A stretch of 29,654 bases of DNA from Chlamydiota bacterium (GCA_050049995.1 JASFVE010000015.1:1-29654); one strand, 5' to 3'. Numbered from the stretch's first letter, positions 17,880 through 27,334 are shown. Translations and numbers: made by a program. Notes: generated by a model from the sequence alone, not told the origin.

Positions 17880-17959
17880 TAAAAAAATAACTTACCCTTC
17901 ATTTATTGTGTTTTTTATCAAAATAATTTAAACTTGTTCATTTAAAAAACTTTTTAAAT

Positions 17960-18044
17960 CACCAGGGGTGCTTTACAGCTGAAAAAACCATATTTGGTTT
18001 AACCCTTATAACCTGATCCGGATAATACCGGCGGAGGAAGCGTG
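17960..18044 (+). promoter_or_regulatory. TPP (THI-box) riboswitch
   Basis: AGGGGTGC...GCTGAAA...ACCCTT..AACCTGATCCGGATAATACCGGCGGAGGAA matches the THI-box consensus; P3a-type hairpin AAACCA/TGGTTT. Confidence 0.9.
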
Positions 18045-19259
18045 CATATCAAAAAAAAACTTTTTATTGGTTTTGTCGGCAATTTTTTAGAGCACTATGA
18101 CCATGCGCTTTATGGTTTTCTGGCTCCTGTTTTAGCTAAAATTTTCTTATTTCAAGAAGATTATACCTCTTCCTTATTATGGATTTTTATGATGTATCCT
18201 TTAGCTTTACTGCCTAAAATCATTGGGTCTGTTTTTTTTGGCTTTATAGGAGATACAAAAGGAGCAAAAAAAGCTTTGAGTATGTCCTTAAATGGTATGG
18301 CTATAGTCACTGTTTGCATCGGGTTGATACCTTCTTATCAATCTATTGGGATAATCGCTCCTTTCCTGCTGTTCTCACTTAGACTCTCCCAAAGTTTTTT
18401 TACATCATCTGAAACTGTAGGGGGGGCTATTTTTCTATTAGAAGAAGAAAATAAAATAGAAAAAAATATCTTAAGCAGCATGTATGATATGTCAAGCATT
18501 GCAGGAATATTTTTAGCATCTTTTTTAATAAGCATATTTAGTTATTTTGGAATCTTAGATACTCAATGGAGAATTCTTTTTTTCATAGGAGCTATCACAG
18601 CTTACCTTGGGTATCTTGTACGAAGAACGGATGAAATAAGCTATAAGAAGAAAGAAAAAAGTCAAAATATAGCTATTATTCCATTTTGTACAATAATTGC
18701 CGTGTCTGGCCTTTCTCATGCTATTTATAACATCATTTTTGTTTTTATGAATGGATGGCTGTCAACCATAGCTTCGATAAATATTTCGAATGTTTTTATG
18801 ATGAATAACTTTTTGTTAGTTTTAGATTTTGTTCTACTCCCTGTTTTTGGGTTTTTGGCCTCCAAATATTCAAAAGAAAAAATCATGACAACAGCCCTAC
18901 TTTGTATCTGCTTATTTTCACTTCCTTTATTTGCCTTACTACAATCAGGGTCTTTGATAGTTATTTTTCTTGTGAGAGTATTATTGGTAATAGCGGGAGT
19001 ATCTATTAGCGCTCCGTTTTATCACTGGGCCATTAGCATTACCCCTAAGCATGCACGTTTTAAAACCTTAGGATTAGCTTATGTAATAGGTTCTCAAATA
19101 ATTGGGAAAAGTGCTCCAGCCGTTAGTCTTTTTCTTTTTTCCAAAACTAAATGGGTAGTAGCTCCGGGAATTTATCTTCTTGCAGTAGCTTTAACAGCTT
19201 CTCTTTTTTTGATGTATTTGAGGATAAGGCAGAGGTTGATGGATAAAGCACTTCCATAA
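18042..19259 (+). CDS. MFS transporter (MHS/ProP-like), probable thiamine-related uptake
   Basis: GNFLEHYDHALYGFLAP, FGFIGDTKG, about 12 hydrophobic segments; directly under the TPP riboswitch. Confidence 0.85.
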   Translation: MHIKKKLFIGFVGNFLEHYDHALYGFLAPVLAKIFLFQEDYTSSLLWIFMMYPLALLPKIIGSVFFGFIGDTKGAKKALSMSLNGMAIVTVCIGLIPSYQSIGIIAPFLLFSLRLSQSFFTSSETVGGAIFLLEEENKIEKNILSSMYDMSSIAGIFLASFLISIFSYFGILDTQWRILFFIGAITAYLGYLVRRTDEISYKKKEKSQNIAIIPFCTIIAVSGLSHAIYNIIFVFMNGWLSTIASINISNVFMMNNFLLVLDFVLLPVFGFLASKYSKEKIMTTALLCICLFSLPLFALLQSGSLIVIFLVRVLLVIAGVSISAPFYHWAISITPKHARFKTLGLAYVIGSQIIGKSAPAVSLFLFSKTKWVVAPGIYLLAVALTASLFLMYLRIRQRLMDKALP

Positions 19260-19977
19260 GGAATAATCCGTTAGCTGGAACGGTAGAGGGGGCTGATCTT
19301 CTATCTTTAGCTGCAAAAATATCTTCAATGGCTTGTATGGAAAGTTTATGGGTCGCAACTTGTAGTAAGCAACCGACAATGTTTCTAACCATTTTGTATA
19401 AAAAACCATCAGCTCGTAAGTGGACTATTACTTCGTTATTTCTCTGAGTGACAAAAGCAGATGTTATATTTTTGACCCTTTCATTGTCATTGGACCCTCT
19501 ATTAGAAAAAGAAGTGAAGTCATGAATGCCTTCAAATTTTTTAACAGCTTGCTTCATGAGTTCAATATCTAGCTTTTGAGGAACATGCAGCCTGTAATTG
19601 CGTAAAAAAGGGGGCAAAATTGAGTCATTGTAAATGTAATAGTGATAGATCTTATCTTTAGTAGAGTATCGGGCATGGAAACTAGAGGAGACGGGCTCTA
19701 TGAAAAGAACTTTAATGTCATGGGGAAGAACTAGGTTAGCAGAATGCAGAAACTTATCCAAGTTCAATGGCGAGGCTACATCAAAGTGAGCAACTTGTTG
19801 GAATGCATGTGCGTTAGCATCTGTTCTTCCTGAAGCTGTAAGATGAATATTTTCTTGCAGTATCTGCGAAAATATCTCCTGCATTGTTTGTTGAATTGTT
19901 ATGCCATTAGGCTGGATTTGCCAACCATGATAGTGAGTTCCATCATAGGAAAATAAGATCTTATATCTTTGCTTCAT
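19147..19977 (-). CDS. truA: tRNA pseudouridine(38-40) synthase TruA
   Basis: YDGTHYHGWQIQ, ASGRTDA, FHARY, HDFTSF, FLYKMVRNIVG. Confidence 0.95.
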   Translation of the reverse strand: MKQRYKILFSYDGTHYHGWQIQPNGITIQQTMQEIFSQILQENIHLTASGRTDANAHAFQQVAHFDVASPLNLDKFLHSANLVLPHDIKVLFIEPVSSSFHARYSTKDKIYHYYIYNDSILPPFLRNYRLHVPQKLDIELMKQAVKKFEGIHDFTSFSNRGSNDNERVKNITSAFVTQRNNEVIVHLRADGFLYKMVRNIVGCLLQVATHKLSIQAIEDIFAAKDRRSAPSTVPANGLFLMEVLYPSTSALSSNTSKKEKLLKLLQEDKFPELLPI

Positions 19978-20636
19978 AAAAGAGCCTCAGCAATTTTGAG
20001 ATCTTCAGGATTTGTGATTTTTATATTTTTGCTGGAGCCTTCAACAATTTTTATATTTGGATGAAAATGTTCTACTAAAGATATATCATCCGTTACCTCT
20101 CTAGGATTTTGAGCAAGTTCGTTAAAGCCTTGAGCTAAAAGATCATAGTGAAAAGCTTGAGGTGTTTGGATGTTCCACAGCTCATGTCTGTCAAGGGTCT
20201 TAGTTATACAAAAGTTTTTGTCTACTTTCTTAATAGTAGATGTTACCGGAGTGGCAAGAGTTGCTGCACCTTGATCCTTAGCTGCCTCAATAAGCTTGAA
20301 AATATCAGGTAAGGAAACGAGAGGTCTTGCAATGTCGTGAATTAAAATAATCCCTTGTTTGTTGGAGATCTTTTGAAATCCATGATAGGAAGAATCTTGT
20401 CTTTTTTTTCCAGGAACAGCAAAGGAAATTTTTTTGTTGTCATCTGAAAATAAATGTTGATATTCTTGGGCAGTAACAATAATAATTTCTACTACATCTT
20501 GGATTTGAAGAAATTTTTCAAAGCTATACAGGGCTACTGGCTTTTCTTTCAAAGTATGATACTGTTTGGCTAGATTGCTTTGGAAGCGGGAGCCTTTGCC
20601 GCCTGATAATAAAATAACGCTGATAGAACCTTTCAT
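19974..20636 (-). CDS. ispD: 2-C-methyl-D-erythritol 4-phosphate cytidylyltransferase
   Basis: LLSGGKGSRF, KQY, RQDS, IHDIARP, IQTPQAF, TDD, NIKITNPEDL. Confidence 0.93.
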   Translation of the reverse strand: MKGSISVILLSGGKGSRFQSNLAKQYHTLKEKPVALYSFEKFLQIQDVVEIIIVTAQEYQHLFSDDNKKISFAVPGKKRQDSSYHGFQKISNKQGIILIHDIARPLVSLPDIFKLIEAAKDQGAATLATPVTSTIKKVDKNFCITKTLDRHELWNIQTPQAFHYDLLAQGFNELAQNPREVTDDISLVEHFHPNIKIVEGSSKNIKITNPEDLKIAEALL

Positions 20637-20664
20637 AGGTAGTTATTTTAGCGGATAAGGCAAA

Positions 20665-20697
20665 GAAAGAACAAGCCCAAAAGAGGAGCTTTTGGGC
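20665..20697 (-). terminator. Probable intrinsic terminator after the SWIB gene
   Basis: 9-bp inverted repeat GCCCAAAAG/CTTTTGGGC (20675-20697) followed on the minus strand by a T-rich tract. Confidence 0.65.
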
Positions 20698-20710
20698 ATA
20701 TAGTTTTATT

Positions 20711-20974
20711 TTAAGACAAGTGTTTATTTACACGCTTAGTCATTTCAAACATGTTAATCGCTTTTTTGCCGCCGAAAACTTTAGCGAGCTTTTCGTCTGG
20801 GATGATATTTCGTTTGTTTTTTTCATCTTGAAGACGACGTGATTTAATGTAAGCCCAAAGTTTTTTAGTAACTTCAGTTCTAGGCATAGGTCCTTTACCA
20901 ACTACAGCTGCAAGTTCTTCGCTGATTTTCATTGGTTGCATAAACTTAGATTCTTTCTTCTTAGTTGTTGCCAT
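20711..20974 (-). CDS. Stand-alone SWIB/MDM2 domain protein
   Basis: SEELAAVVG, PRTEVTKKLWAYIK, LQD...IIPDEKLAKVFG, MFEMTKRVNKHL; AAGGAG SD. Confidence 0.93.
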   Translation of the reverse strand: MATTKKKESKFMQPMKISEELAAVVGKGPMPRTEVTKKLWAYIKSRRLQDEKNKRNIIPDEKLAKVFGGKKAINMFEMTKRVNKHLS

Positions 20975-21106
20975 ATTAATACTCCTTTAAAACGGTGATA
21001 GGATTACTTATTCTCCTTAAATGAAATCTTTTATCCTTCTAGTGGTTTTATAGTCAAAAAAAATCGTGAGAAAATTTAAGCTTAGTATTTTAAAACTTTT
21101 GCACAT

Positions 21107-23185
21107 ATGAGTATAGAAAAGAAAAAAAAAGAAATTTCGTATTGGATAACTGAAGTAAGTTTAGCTAAGTCACTGCAGGAAAGAGTAAGTATCTTAGCTA
21201 AACACAAAGACTTCAAAAAATCTAAGTTGTCAGAGAGCTCTGCTTATTTATCTTTGCCACTTAGAAAACAATTTGTGATTCAATCACTTATTGTCATTGG
21301 AGAGTTTGAAAAACTGTCAAATGGTTTAAAAAATGGAGTGTTGCACGATGCTTCTTTATTAGACCAACTAGAAGAAGTAGAAAGCTTTTGCAGTGAGATT
21401 CAAGGGATTTTAGGGTATCAGCTTACTTTACTAAACTTGATATCTAAGAAGCAGACAGTCGAGACACAAGCAAATTATTTTCCTCCAAATTTTGTAGATA
21501 TTTCTACAAAGACTCCTTTAGTGAACAAAGCAATTCGCTGGGGACTTGAGGATCTGTCAAAAATGGGGGAGATATATGTTTTGGGAGGAGCTGCGGACAG
21601 GCTTCATTTACAACATCCTGTTACGCATCGTGAAATGCCAGCGGCCATGTTAAAATTTACTGGTAAGACCTTACTAGAAATACTTATTAATGATTTAAAA
21701 GCTAAGGAAAATCTTTACGAAAAAGTTTTTCATAAAAAAATCGTTACTCCTATTGCTGTCATGACATCTTATGAGAAAAATAATCATGAAATGATTCTGG
21801 AGTTATTAGAGAAAAACAGTTGGTTTGAAAGGCCACCTGAATATTTCAAATTTTTTACGCAGCCTTCTGTCCCTGTAATAGATATTTCAGGAAACTGGAT
21901 TGTTAACAGCAAAAAACAGCTATTAATGAAACCGGGAGGACATGGAGCTTTATGGAAACTTGCAAAAGATCAAAAAGTCTTCCAATGGATGAAATCCCAC
22001 AAAAGGAAAAAAGGGTTAATTCGGCAAATTAATAATCCTATTGCAGGTACTGACTATGGCTTACTTGCTTTTACTGGTTGGGGGCTTAAAGGGGACTTGC
22101 AATTTGGTTTTGCTTCCTGCGCTCGAAGAGTCAACGCTCAAGAAGGAGTAAACGTTCTAGTAGAAAGAAAAACTAAAAATAATTCTTGTGAGTATTTTCT
22201 TTCCAACATTGAGTATTGTGAATTTGAAAAATATGGCATTGAAGATAAACCATTTCAAGAAAATGGCATTTACTCTAGGTTTTCTTCAAACACTAATATT
22301 TTATTTGCTGATTTTGACGCCGTGGAAGAGAAGGTTGCAAAAGTTCCTTTCCCTGGGATGCTCGTCAATTTTAAGAATATAACTTCCTCTAATGAAACTA
22401 TATTAGCTGGGAGGCTTGAGACTACCATGCAAAATATTGCGGATGCTTTTACGGAGAAGCATCCTAAACCACTGAAAAGTAAACAAACCGTTAAAACTTT
22501 TGTGACTTATAATGACCGTGCAAAAACAATTTCTACTACGAAAAAAGTGTTTAAAAAAGGTGTATCTGAGCTAGAAACTCCTGAAAAGTGCTTTTATGAT
22601 CTTTTGAAGAATAATCATGAGCTTTTGACTAAGTTTTGTAAAATAAAAATGGACCCATTTATTGATTTTGCAACTTATGTAGAACAAGGTCCTTCTTTTA
22701 TTTTTACATACCTTCCCAGTTTAGGACCTTTATATTCAATTATTGCACAAAAGCTGCAACGTGGAAAAATTTGCACTCAATCAGAGATGCAATTAAATAT
22801 CTCCGAAATTTTTATCCGCGATATATTTCTTAAAGGTTCCATGATAGTTGAGTCAAAAGACGCTAAGAGCTTTTGTTCCATGGAAAATTTTTCCGTATGT
22901 AACCGAGGTATAGACTTTTCAATGTCTCAAGATTTTTGGAAAGGTGATATTTGCCGAAAAGAAGTTTTTCAAATTTCTTTAGGGAAAAATAGCGGAATTA
23001 TTTTAAACGACCTTACGATTAAAGGGAATGTGACTATTGAGGTTCCTGATGATACAGTTTACAGAGTTATCGAAGAAAAAGGTGACATAAAGATTCTTGA
23101 GACTGATGAGGTAAGAAGGCTTGATTATCAGTTTAATGAAAATTCTGAAATAGAAGTGAAGGCAGTGGATTTCTGCCTTCTTTAA
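21107..23185 (+). CDS. UTP-glucose-1-phosphate uridylyltransferase family protein (UGP3-type)
   Basis: LGGAADRL, KPGGHG, RQINNP, NIEYCEF, NTNILF, GRLETTMQNIAD motifs. Confidence 0.8.
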   Translation: MSIEKKKKEISYWITEVSLAKSLQERVSILAKHKDFKKSKLSESSAYLSLPLRKQFVIQSLIVIGEFEKLSNGLKNGVLHDASLLDQLEEVESFCSEIQGILGYQLTLLNLISKKQTVETQANYFPPNFVDISTKTPLVNKAIRWGLEDLSKMGEIYVLGGAADRLHLQHPVTHREMPAAMLKFTGKTLLEILINDLKAKENLYEKVFHKKIVTPIAVMTSYEKNNHEMILELLEKNSWFERPPEYFKFFTQPSVPVIDISGNWIVNSKKQLLMKPGGHGALWKLAKDQKVFQWMKSHKRKKGLIRQINNPIAGTDYGLLAFTGWGLKGDLQFGFASCARRVNAQEGVNVLVERKTKNNSCEYFLSNIEYCEFEKYGIEDKPFQENGIYSRFSSNTNILFADFDAVEEKVAKVPFPGMLVNFKNITSSNETILAGRLETTMQNIADAFTEKHPKPLKSKQTVKTFVTYNDRAKTISTTKKVFKKGVSELETPEKCFYDLLKNNHELLTKFCKIKMDPFIDFATYVEQGPSFIFTYLPSLGPLYSIIAQKLQRGKICTQSEMQLNISEIFIRDIFLKGSMIVESKDAKSFCSMENFSVCNRGIDFSMSQDFWKGDICRKEVFQISLGKNSGIILNDLTIKGNVTIEVPDDTVYRVIEEKGDIKILETDEVRRLDYQFNENSEIEVKAVDFCLL

Positions 23186-23202
23186 CTAGAATAAGCTACA
23201 TA

Positions 23203-23658
23203 TTATGCAGTAGGGGTCTCGACAACATCAACATCAGTAGCTGGAGAAGCACCTTCAGCTTCGTCAGCACTCTCAGCGCCGTCAACATCATCAATAGCTG
23301 GAGTATCAGCAGCTTTTGGAGTAGCTGGAGCGCCTGGAGCATCTGAAGCACCTGGAGCACCTGGAGTAGAAGCGGAATCATTTTTTGTGGATAATAAATG
23401 CATTATTCCACCGCTTACTAATGCTGCTGCTATTGCAAGTAGAGCTAAAGGAGTTTTATTTGCCCAAACAGTTTTAACAAAAGAAGAAACGCCTGTGCTT
23501 AGTCTAGTAGAAGCTAGATATTCATAAGCTCTACCTAGTTTTTCAAAAGCTGATATCGCAACAGATTTAACTGTAGATGTCACTGGACTAGTTTTTTCTG
23601 CCACCCAATTGTAGCCGGTCTTGATTGGTTGTGTTAAAGTGTTTATTGCTTGTGACAT
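23203..23658 (-). CDS. Hypothetical single-TM protein with acidic Pro/Ala-rich tail
   Basis: AGAGGA SD; TM PLALLAIAAALVSGGIMHLL; low-complexity C-terminus. Confidence 0.75.
   Translation of the reverse strand: MSQAINTLTQPIKTGYNWVAEKTSPVTSTVKSVAISAFEKLGRAYEYLASTRLSTGVSSFVKTVWANKTPLALLAIAAALVSGGIMHLLSTKNDSASTPGAPGASDAPGAPATPKAADTPAIDDVDGAESADEAEGASPATDVDVVETPTA
23324..23368. repeat. Five degenerate 9-bp tandem repeats (consensus CCTGGAGCA), encoding APG-like triplets on the minus strand
   Basis: GCTGGAGCG CCTGGAGCA TCTGAAGCA CCTGGAGCA CCTGGAGTA. Confidence 0.75.
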
Positions 23659-23706
23659 TATTTCCTCTTATATTTAGTTTGTTAATTTAGAATTTAAAAA
23701 GGGAAG

Positions 23707-23735
23707 ACGATAGCCAAGTATAAATTTCTTGTAAA
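23707..23735 (-). promoter_or_regulatory. Putative sigma70/sigma66 promoter for 23203..23658
   Basis: TTTACA-N17-TATCGT on the minus strand. Confidence 0.35.
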
Positions 23736-23840
23736 GTTGAAGTTAAATCGAAATGAAATAAAAAATATTTCAGGAGACAACGAAGATTTACTTTTTTTTC
23801 ATTTTGTTATATAAAGCCTCTAGTTAAAAAGGAGATCCTC

Positions 23841-24939
23841 ATGAACTTAGAAACTATAGAAAGATTTAATGCCCTACAGACTAAACTAGATGATATGTGG
23901 AGGTATCTTTGACTTAGCTTCAAAAGAAGATGAGTTAAAGAAACTAGAAAACTTAATGGAAGATTCTCAATTTTGGGATGATAGTGCAAATGCCAAAAAA
24001 ATTATTGCAAAGTCAAATGCTTTAAAAAAGTGGATTATTCCCTATCGAGATGCTCAATCGAGATATCTAAATATTAAAGAGCTTTTACCAGAAGCGGAAA
24101 AAGAAAATGACAACTCTTTGATAGAAGACCTTTACCAAGAGCTTGACACTGTTGAAAAACTTGTAGTTGAACTCGAAGTAATGAGAATGCTTTCAGGAGA
24201 GCTGGATCCTAAAGACTGCTTTTTGACTATTAATTCAGGGGCAGGAGGAACAGAGTCTTGCGATTGGGCTGAGATGCTTTCTAGGATGTATCAAAGGTGG
24301 GCCGTTAAAAAAGGCTGGAAAGCGGAGATCATTGATAGAGTTGATGGAGAAGTTGCTGGCATAAAAAGCATTACTTTTAAATTAAGTGGAGATTTTGCTT
24401 ATGGGTACAGCAAGTCTGAAAAAGGGGTACATCGATTAGTTCGTATTTCTCCTTTTGATTCAAATGCACGAAGACATACTTCTTTTGCGTCTGTTGATGT
24501 AACTCCCATTATTGATGATGAAATTTCCATAGAAATTAAGCCAGAAGATATTCGCATTGACACATATAGAGCGTCAGGAGCTGGTGGTCAGCATGTTAAC
24601 AAAACAGACTCGGCTGTAAGAGTGACTCACACCCCTACGAATATAGTAGTTTCCTGCCAAAAAGAAAGAAGTCAAATGCAAAACAAAGAAATGTGCATGA
24701 AAATGCTCAAGTCTAAACTTTATGAAAAGGAAGTTACAGAAAGAGAAAATGCTTTAAAGAAGATAGGTGGAGAGAAAAAAGAGATTTCTTGGGGATCACA
24801 GATTCGAAATTATGTTTTTCATCCTTATTCTCTTGTAAAAGATGCTAGAACAAAAGTAGAAACAGGAAATATTCAAGCTGTCATGGATGGTGAAATTGAT
24901 GATTTCGTCAATGCCTATCTCAGAGAGTTTGGAGCATAA
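23841..24939 (+). CDS. prfB: Peptide chain release factor 2 with programmed +1 frameshift, join(23841..23909,23911..24939), 365 aa
   Basis: AAGGAG SD and ATG 23841 give 23 codons ending CTT TGA C; the +1 frame carries the SPF and GGQ motifs. Confidence 0.96.
23899..23913 (+). promoter_or_regulatory. RF2 autoregulatory +1 ribosomal frameshift signal
   Basis: GGAGG-TAT-CTT-TGA-C: internal SD 3 nt before the slippery CTT TGA C. Confidence 0.95.
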
Positions 24940-24951
24940 AAACAAAGATCT

Positions 24952-25458
24952 ATGAATATTCAAAATGATTTAGATATCCGGTATTCAACTGTTAATGATA
25001 AAGAGCATTTGACTAAATGGCTCTTAGATAAAGAAACGCTTAAATGGTTTACCGTATCCACAGAGAAAGAAGTTGATCTTTTGAGTACAAACTGGGTTAA
25101 TTTCTCTAAGTTTAACTCTTCGTTAACAGCTACTTTAGATAATGTTGCCTGTGGAATGGGAACTTTATTTTTAATGCCCTATAAAAAAGTAGCTCACCAC
25201 GCTCTTTTTTATGTAGTTGTAGATCCGAACAAAAGAAAGCAAGGAATTGGGACTTCTTTAGTCAAAAATTTAATCAACCTTTCCCAAAACTATTTTCGAC
25301 ATGAGTTTCTTCATTGTGAAATTTATGAAGGGTGTCCTTTGCAGCCAGTTTTAGAAAAAATGGGTTTTACCTGCTTTGCCAACCAAGAAGGCTTTTTAGA
25401 TATAAATGGCAAGTTATTAAACCGATTGTGTTATCAGTATATTTTTAAAAGGCCGTAA
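24952..25458 (+). CDS. GNAT family N-acetyltransferase (paralog 1)
   Basis: Motif A VDPNKRKQGIGTSL; EKMGF. Confidence 0.85.
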   Translation: MNIQNDLDIRYSTVNDKEHLTKWLLDKETLKWFTVSTEKEVDLLSTNWVNFSKFNSSLTATLDNVACGMGTLFLMPYKKVAHHALFYVVVDPNKRKQGIGTSLVKNLINLSQNYFRHEFLHCEIYEGCPLQPVLEKMGFTCFANQEGFLDINGKLLNRLCYQYIFKRP

Positions 25459-25459
25459 C

Positions 25460-25951
25460 ATGGATGAAGTAGAAATAAGATTGGCTACTTATGAAGATAA
25501 AAAATATCTCATTAAGTGGCTGAGTGACCCGGATACTTTGAGATGGTATCCTATGAGTAATGAAAGGGAAATTGAAGATGCAGCAAATATTTGGATCAGC
25601 TATGTAAAATATAAAGCTGTTATTACAGCTCTATATAATGGACAACCCGCTGGTATTGCCAACCTGTACCTTCAGCATTTAAAAAAAGTGTCTCACCAGT
25701 GCCTTTTAGCAATTGTAGTTGACAAAGATTTTAGAAATAAGGGTATAGGTACACGTCTTATTCAAGAGCTCATCAAAATGGGACAAGAGCAATTTCACCT
25801 TAAATATCTTCATTTAGAGGTTTATGAAAACAACCCAGCTTTTTTCTTGTATCAAAGGCTTGGCTTTGAAAAGTTCGGTGAGCAAAAAAACTTTATAAAA
25901 GAAAAGGACAGATATCGTTCAAAGATTTTTATGCAAAGGAAGTTAGTGTGA
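25460..25951 (+). CDS. GNAT family N-acetyltransferase (paralog 2)
   Basis: VDKDFRNKGIGTRL; LEVYENNPAFFLYQRLGF. Confidence 0.9.
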   Translation: MDEVEIRLATYEDKKYLIKWLSDPDTLRWYPMSNEREIEDAANIWISYVKYKAVITALYNGQPAGIANLYLQHLKKVSHQCLLAIVVDKDFRNKGIGTRLIQELIKMGQEQFHLKYLHLEVYENNPAFFLYQRLGFEKFGEQKNFIKEKDRYRSKIFMQRKLV

Positions 25952-26631
25952 ATGAGTCCCTTTCTCTTCTAGAAAAACTTTCTACATTAACAAGTCTAAA
26001 AGTTTATGTAACTTTGCATAATAATAAGAGCACTTACTTGAGTTTCCAAAAAAAAAGAAGAGAAGTTTTTTTTTCTTTACATAAGTTTTTTGAAACAGCC
26101 CCTTTAGATGTACTGCAGTCTCTTATTGATTATGCGGAAAGTTCTAAACGAACAAGCTTCACTAGAGTAAAAAAATTCATTTACACTAAACAACAAGAAA
26201 TTGACCTTTCTCATACTGTAAAGGAAAAAAATCTTCATATAGAAGGAAAACACTTTAATTTACGGCAAGCATACGAAAAAATTAATCAGAATTATTTTGA
26301 GAGTGCCTTGGATTTACAAATAACGTGGTTTTTTCCTAAATATCGAAGCTTTAGAAATTTTACCTTTGGTAGTTATGATAGAAATCTAAAATTAATTAAA
26401 ATTAATTTTCACTTAGATAGGCATGATACACCTGCATTTTATCTCGATAATTTGCTTTACCATGAAATGTTGCATGCTGTCTGCCTTCCTTTTGTAGATG
26501 AAAAAGGAAGACTTAGAATTCATACAAAAGAGTTCAAAGAAAAAGAAAGGCTTTTTCCCATGTACAAACAAGCAAAAGAATGGGAAAAACAGTTTTTAAA
26601 AAAGTTTTGGAGGGAAAATGGCAGGACATAG
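25948..26631 (+). CDS. SprT-like zinc metallopeptidase domain protein
   Basis: INQNYFE, FGSY, LLYHEMLH (HExxH) and downstream HTKEF. Confidence 0.75.
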   Translation: MNESLSLLEKLSTLTSLKVYVTLHNNKSTYLSFQKKRREVFFSLHKFFETAPLDVLQSLIDYAESSKRTSFTRVKKFIYTKQQEIDLSHTVKEKNLHIEGKHFNLRQAYEKINQNYFESALDLQITWFFPKYRSFRNFTFGSYDRNLKLIKINFHLDRHDTPAFYLDNLLYHEMLHAVCLPFVDEKGRLRIHTKEFKEKERLFPMYKQAKEWEKQFLKKFWRENGRT

Positions 26632-27334
26632 TAAGTGGGCCAATATTAAGCACAAGAAAGAAAGAGCTGACCAAAAAAAAGGAAAAGTATTTTCTAAAAT
26701 TACAAAAGAGATCATTAACGCAGTTAAGCAGGGAGGACCAGACCCTGAGGCCAATGCCAAGCTTAGAGCTGTAATTTTGAAAGCAAAAGCTGCTAACCTT
26801 CCCAATGAGAATATTGAAAGGAATATTAAAAAGGCATCTACCGAAGATCTAGCAAATTATTACGATATCACTTACGAGCTTTATGGACATGGGGGAGTAG
26901 GGATTATAGTTGAAGCTATGACTGATAATAAGAACCGAACAGCTTCAGATATGAGAATTGCTACCAATAAATGTGGAGGAAATATCGCAACACAAGGAGC
27001 TGTTTCTTATAACTTTGAAAAAAAGGGGATCATTCAAATAGCGAAACAAAACGTTGAGGAGGATGACCTGTTTCTTGCAGCAACAGAAGCTGGCGCAGAA
27101 GATTTTGAAAGTGCTGAAGAGGAGTTTATTATCACTACAGCTTCTGATGATTTATTTAACGTTAAGCAGAGTTTAGAAGAAAAGGGATATACATGTGCAG
27201 AAGCTTCTTTAGAAATGATACCTAAAACTACAGTTAAGTGTTCTGAAGAAGATAAAAAAAATAACCTGACTCTTATAGAATGGCTAGAAGGGCTAGATGA
27301 TGTAGATGAAGTATTTCATAATATGGAACTGTAA
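26618..27334 (+). CDS. yebC: YebC/PmpR family protein
   Basis: MAGHSKWANIKHKK, YELYGHGG, TDNKNRTASD, LDDVDEVFHN. Confidence 0.95.
   Translation: MAGHSKWANIKHKKERADQKKGKVFSKITKEIINAVKQGGPDPEANAKLRAVILKAKAANLPNENIERNIKKASTEDLANYYDITYELYGHGGVGIIVEAMTDNKNRTASDMRIATNKCGGNIATQGAVSYNFEKKGIIQIAKQNVEEDDLFLAATEAGAEDFESAEEEFIITTASDDLFNVKQSLEEKGYTCAEASLEMIPKTTVKCSEEDKKNNLTLIEWLEGLDDVDEVFHNMEL

Noticed and set aside
23700..23717. Sigma54 promoter on the minus strand (TTGGCTATCGTCTTCC)
   Set aside because: The -12 position reads TTCC rather than TTGC.
23890..23912. prfB pseudogene or start at 23890
   Set aside because: Explained by the canonical programmed frameshift.
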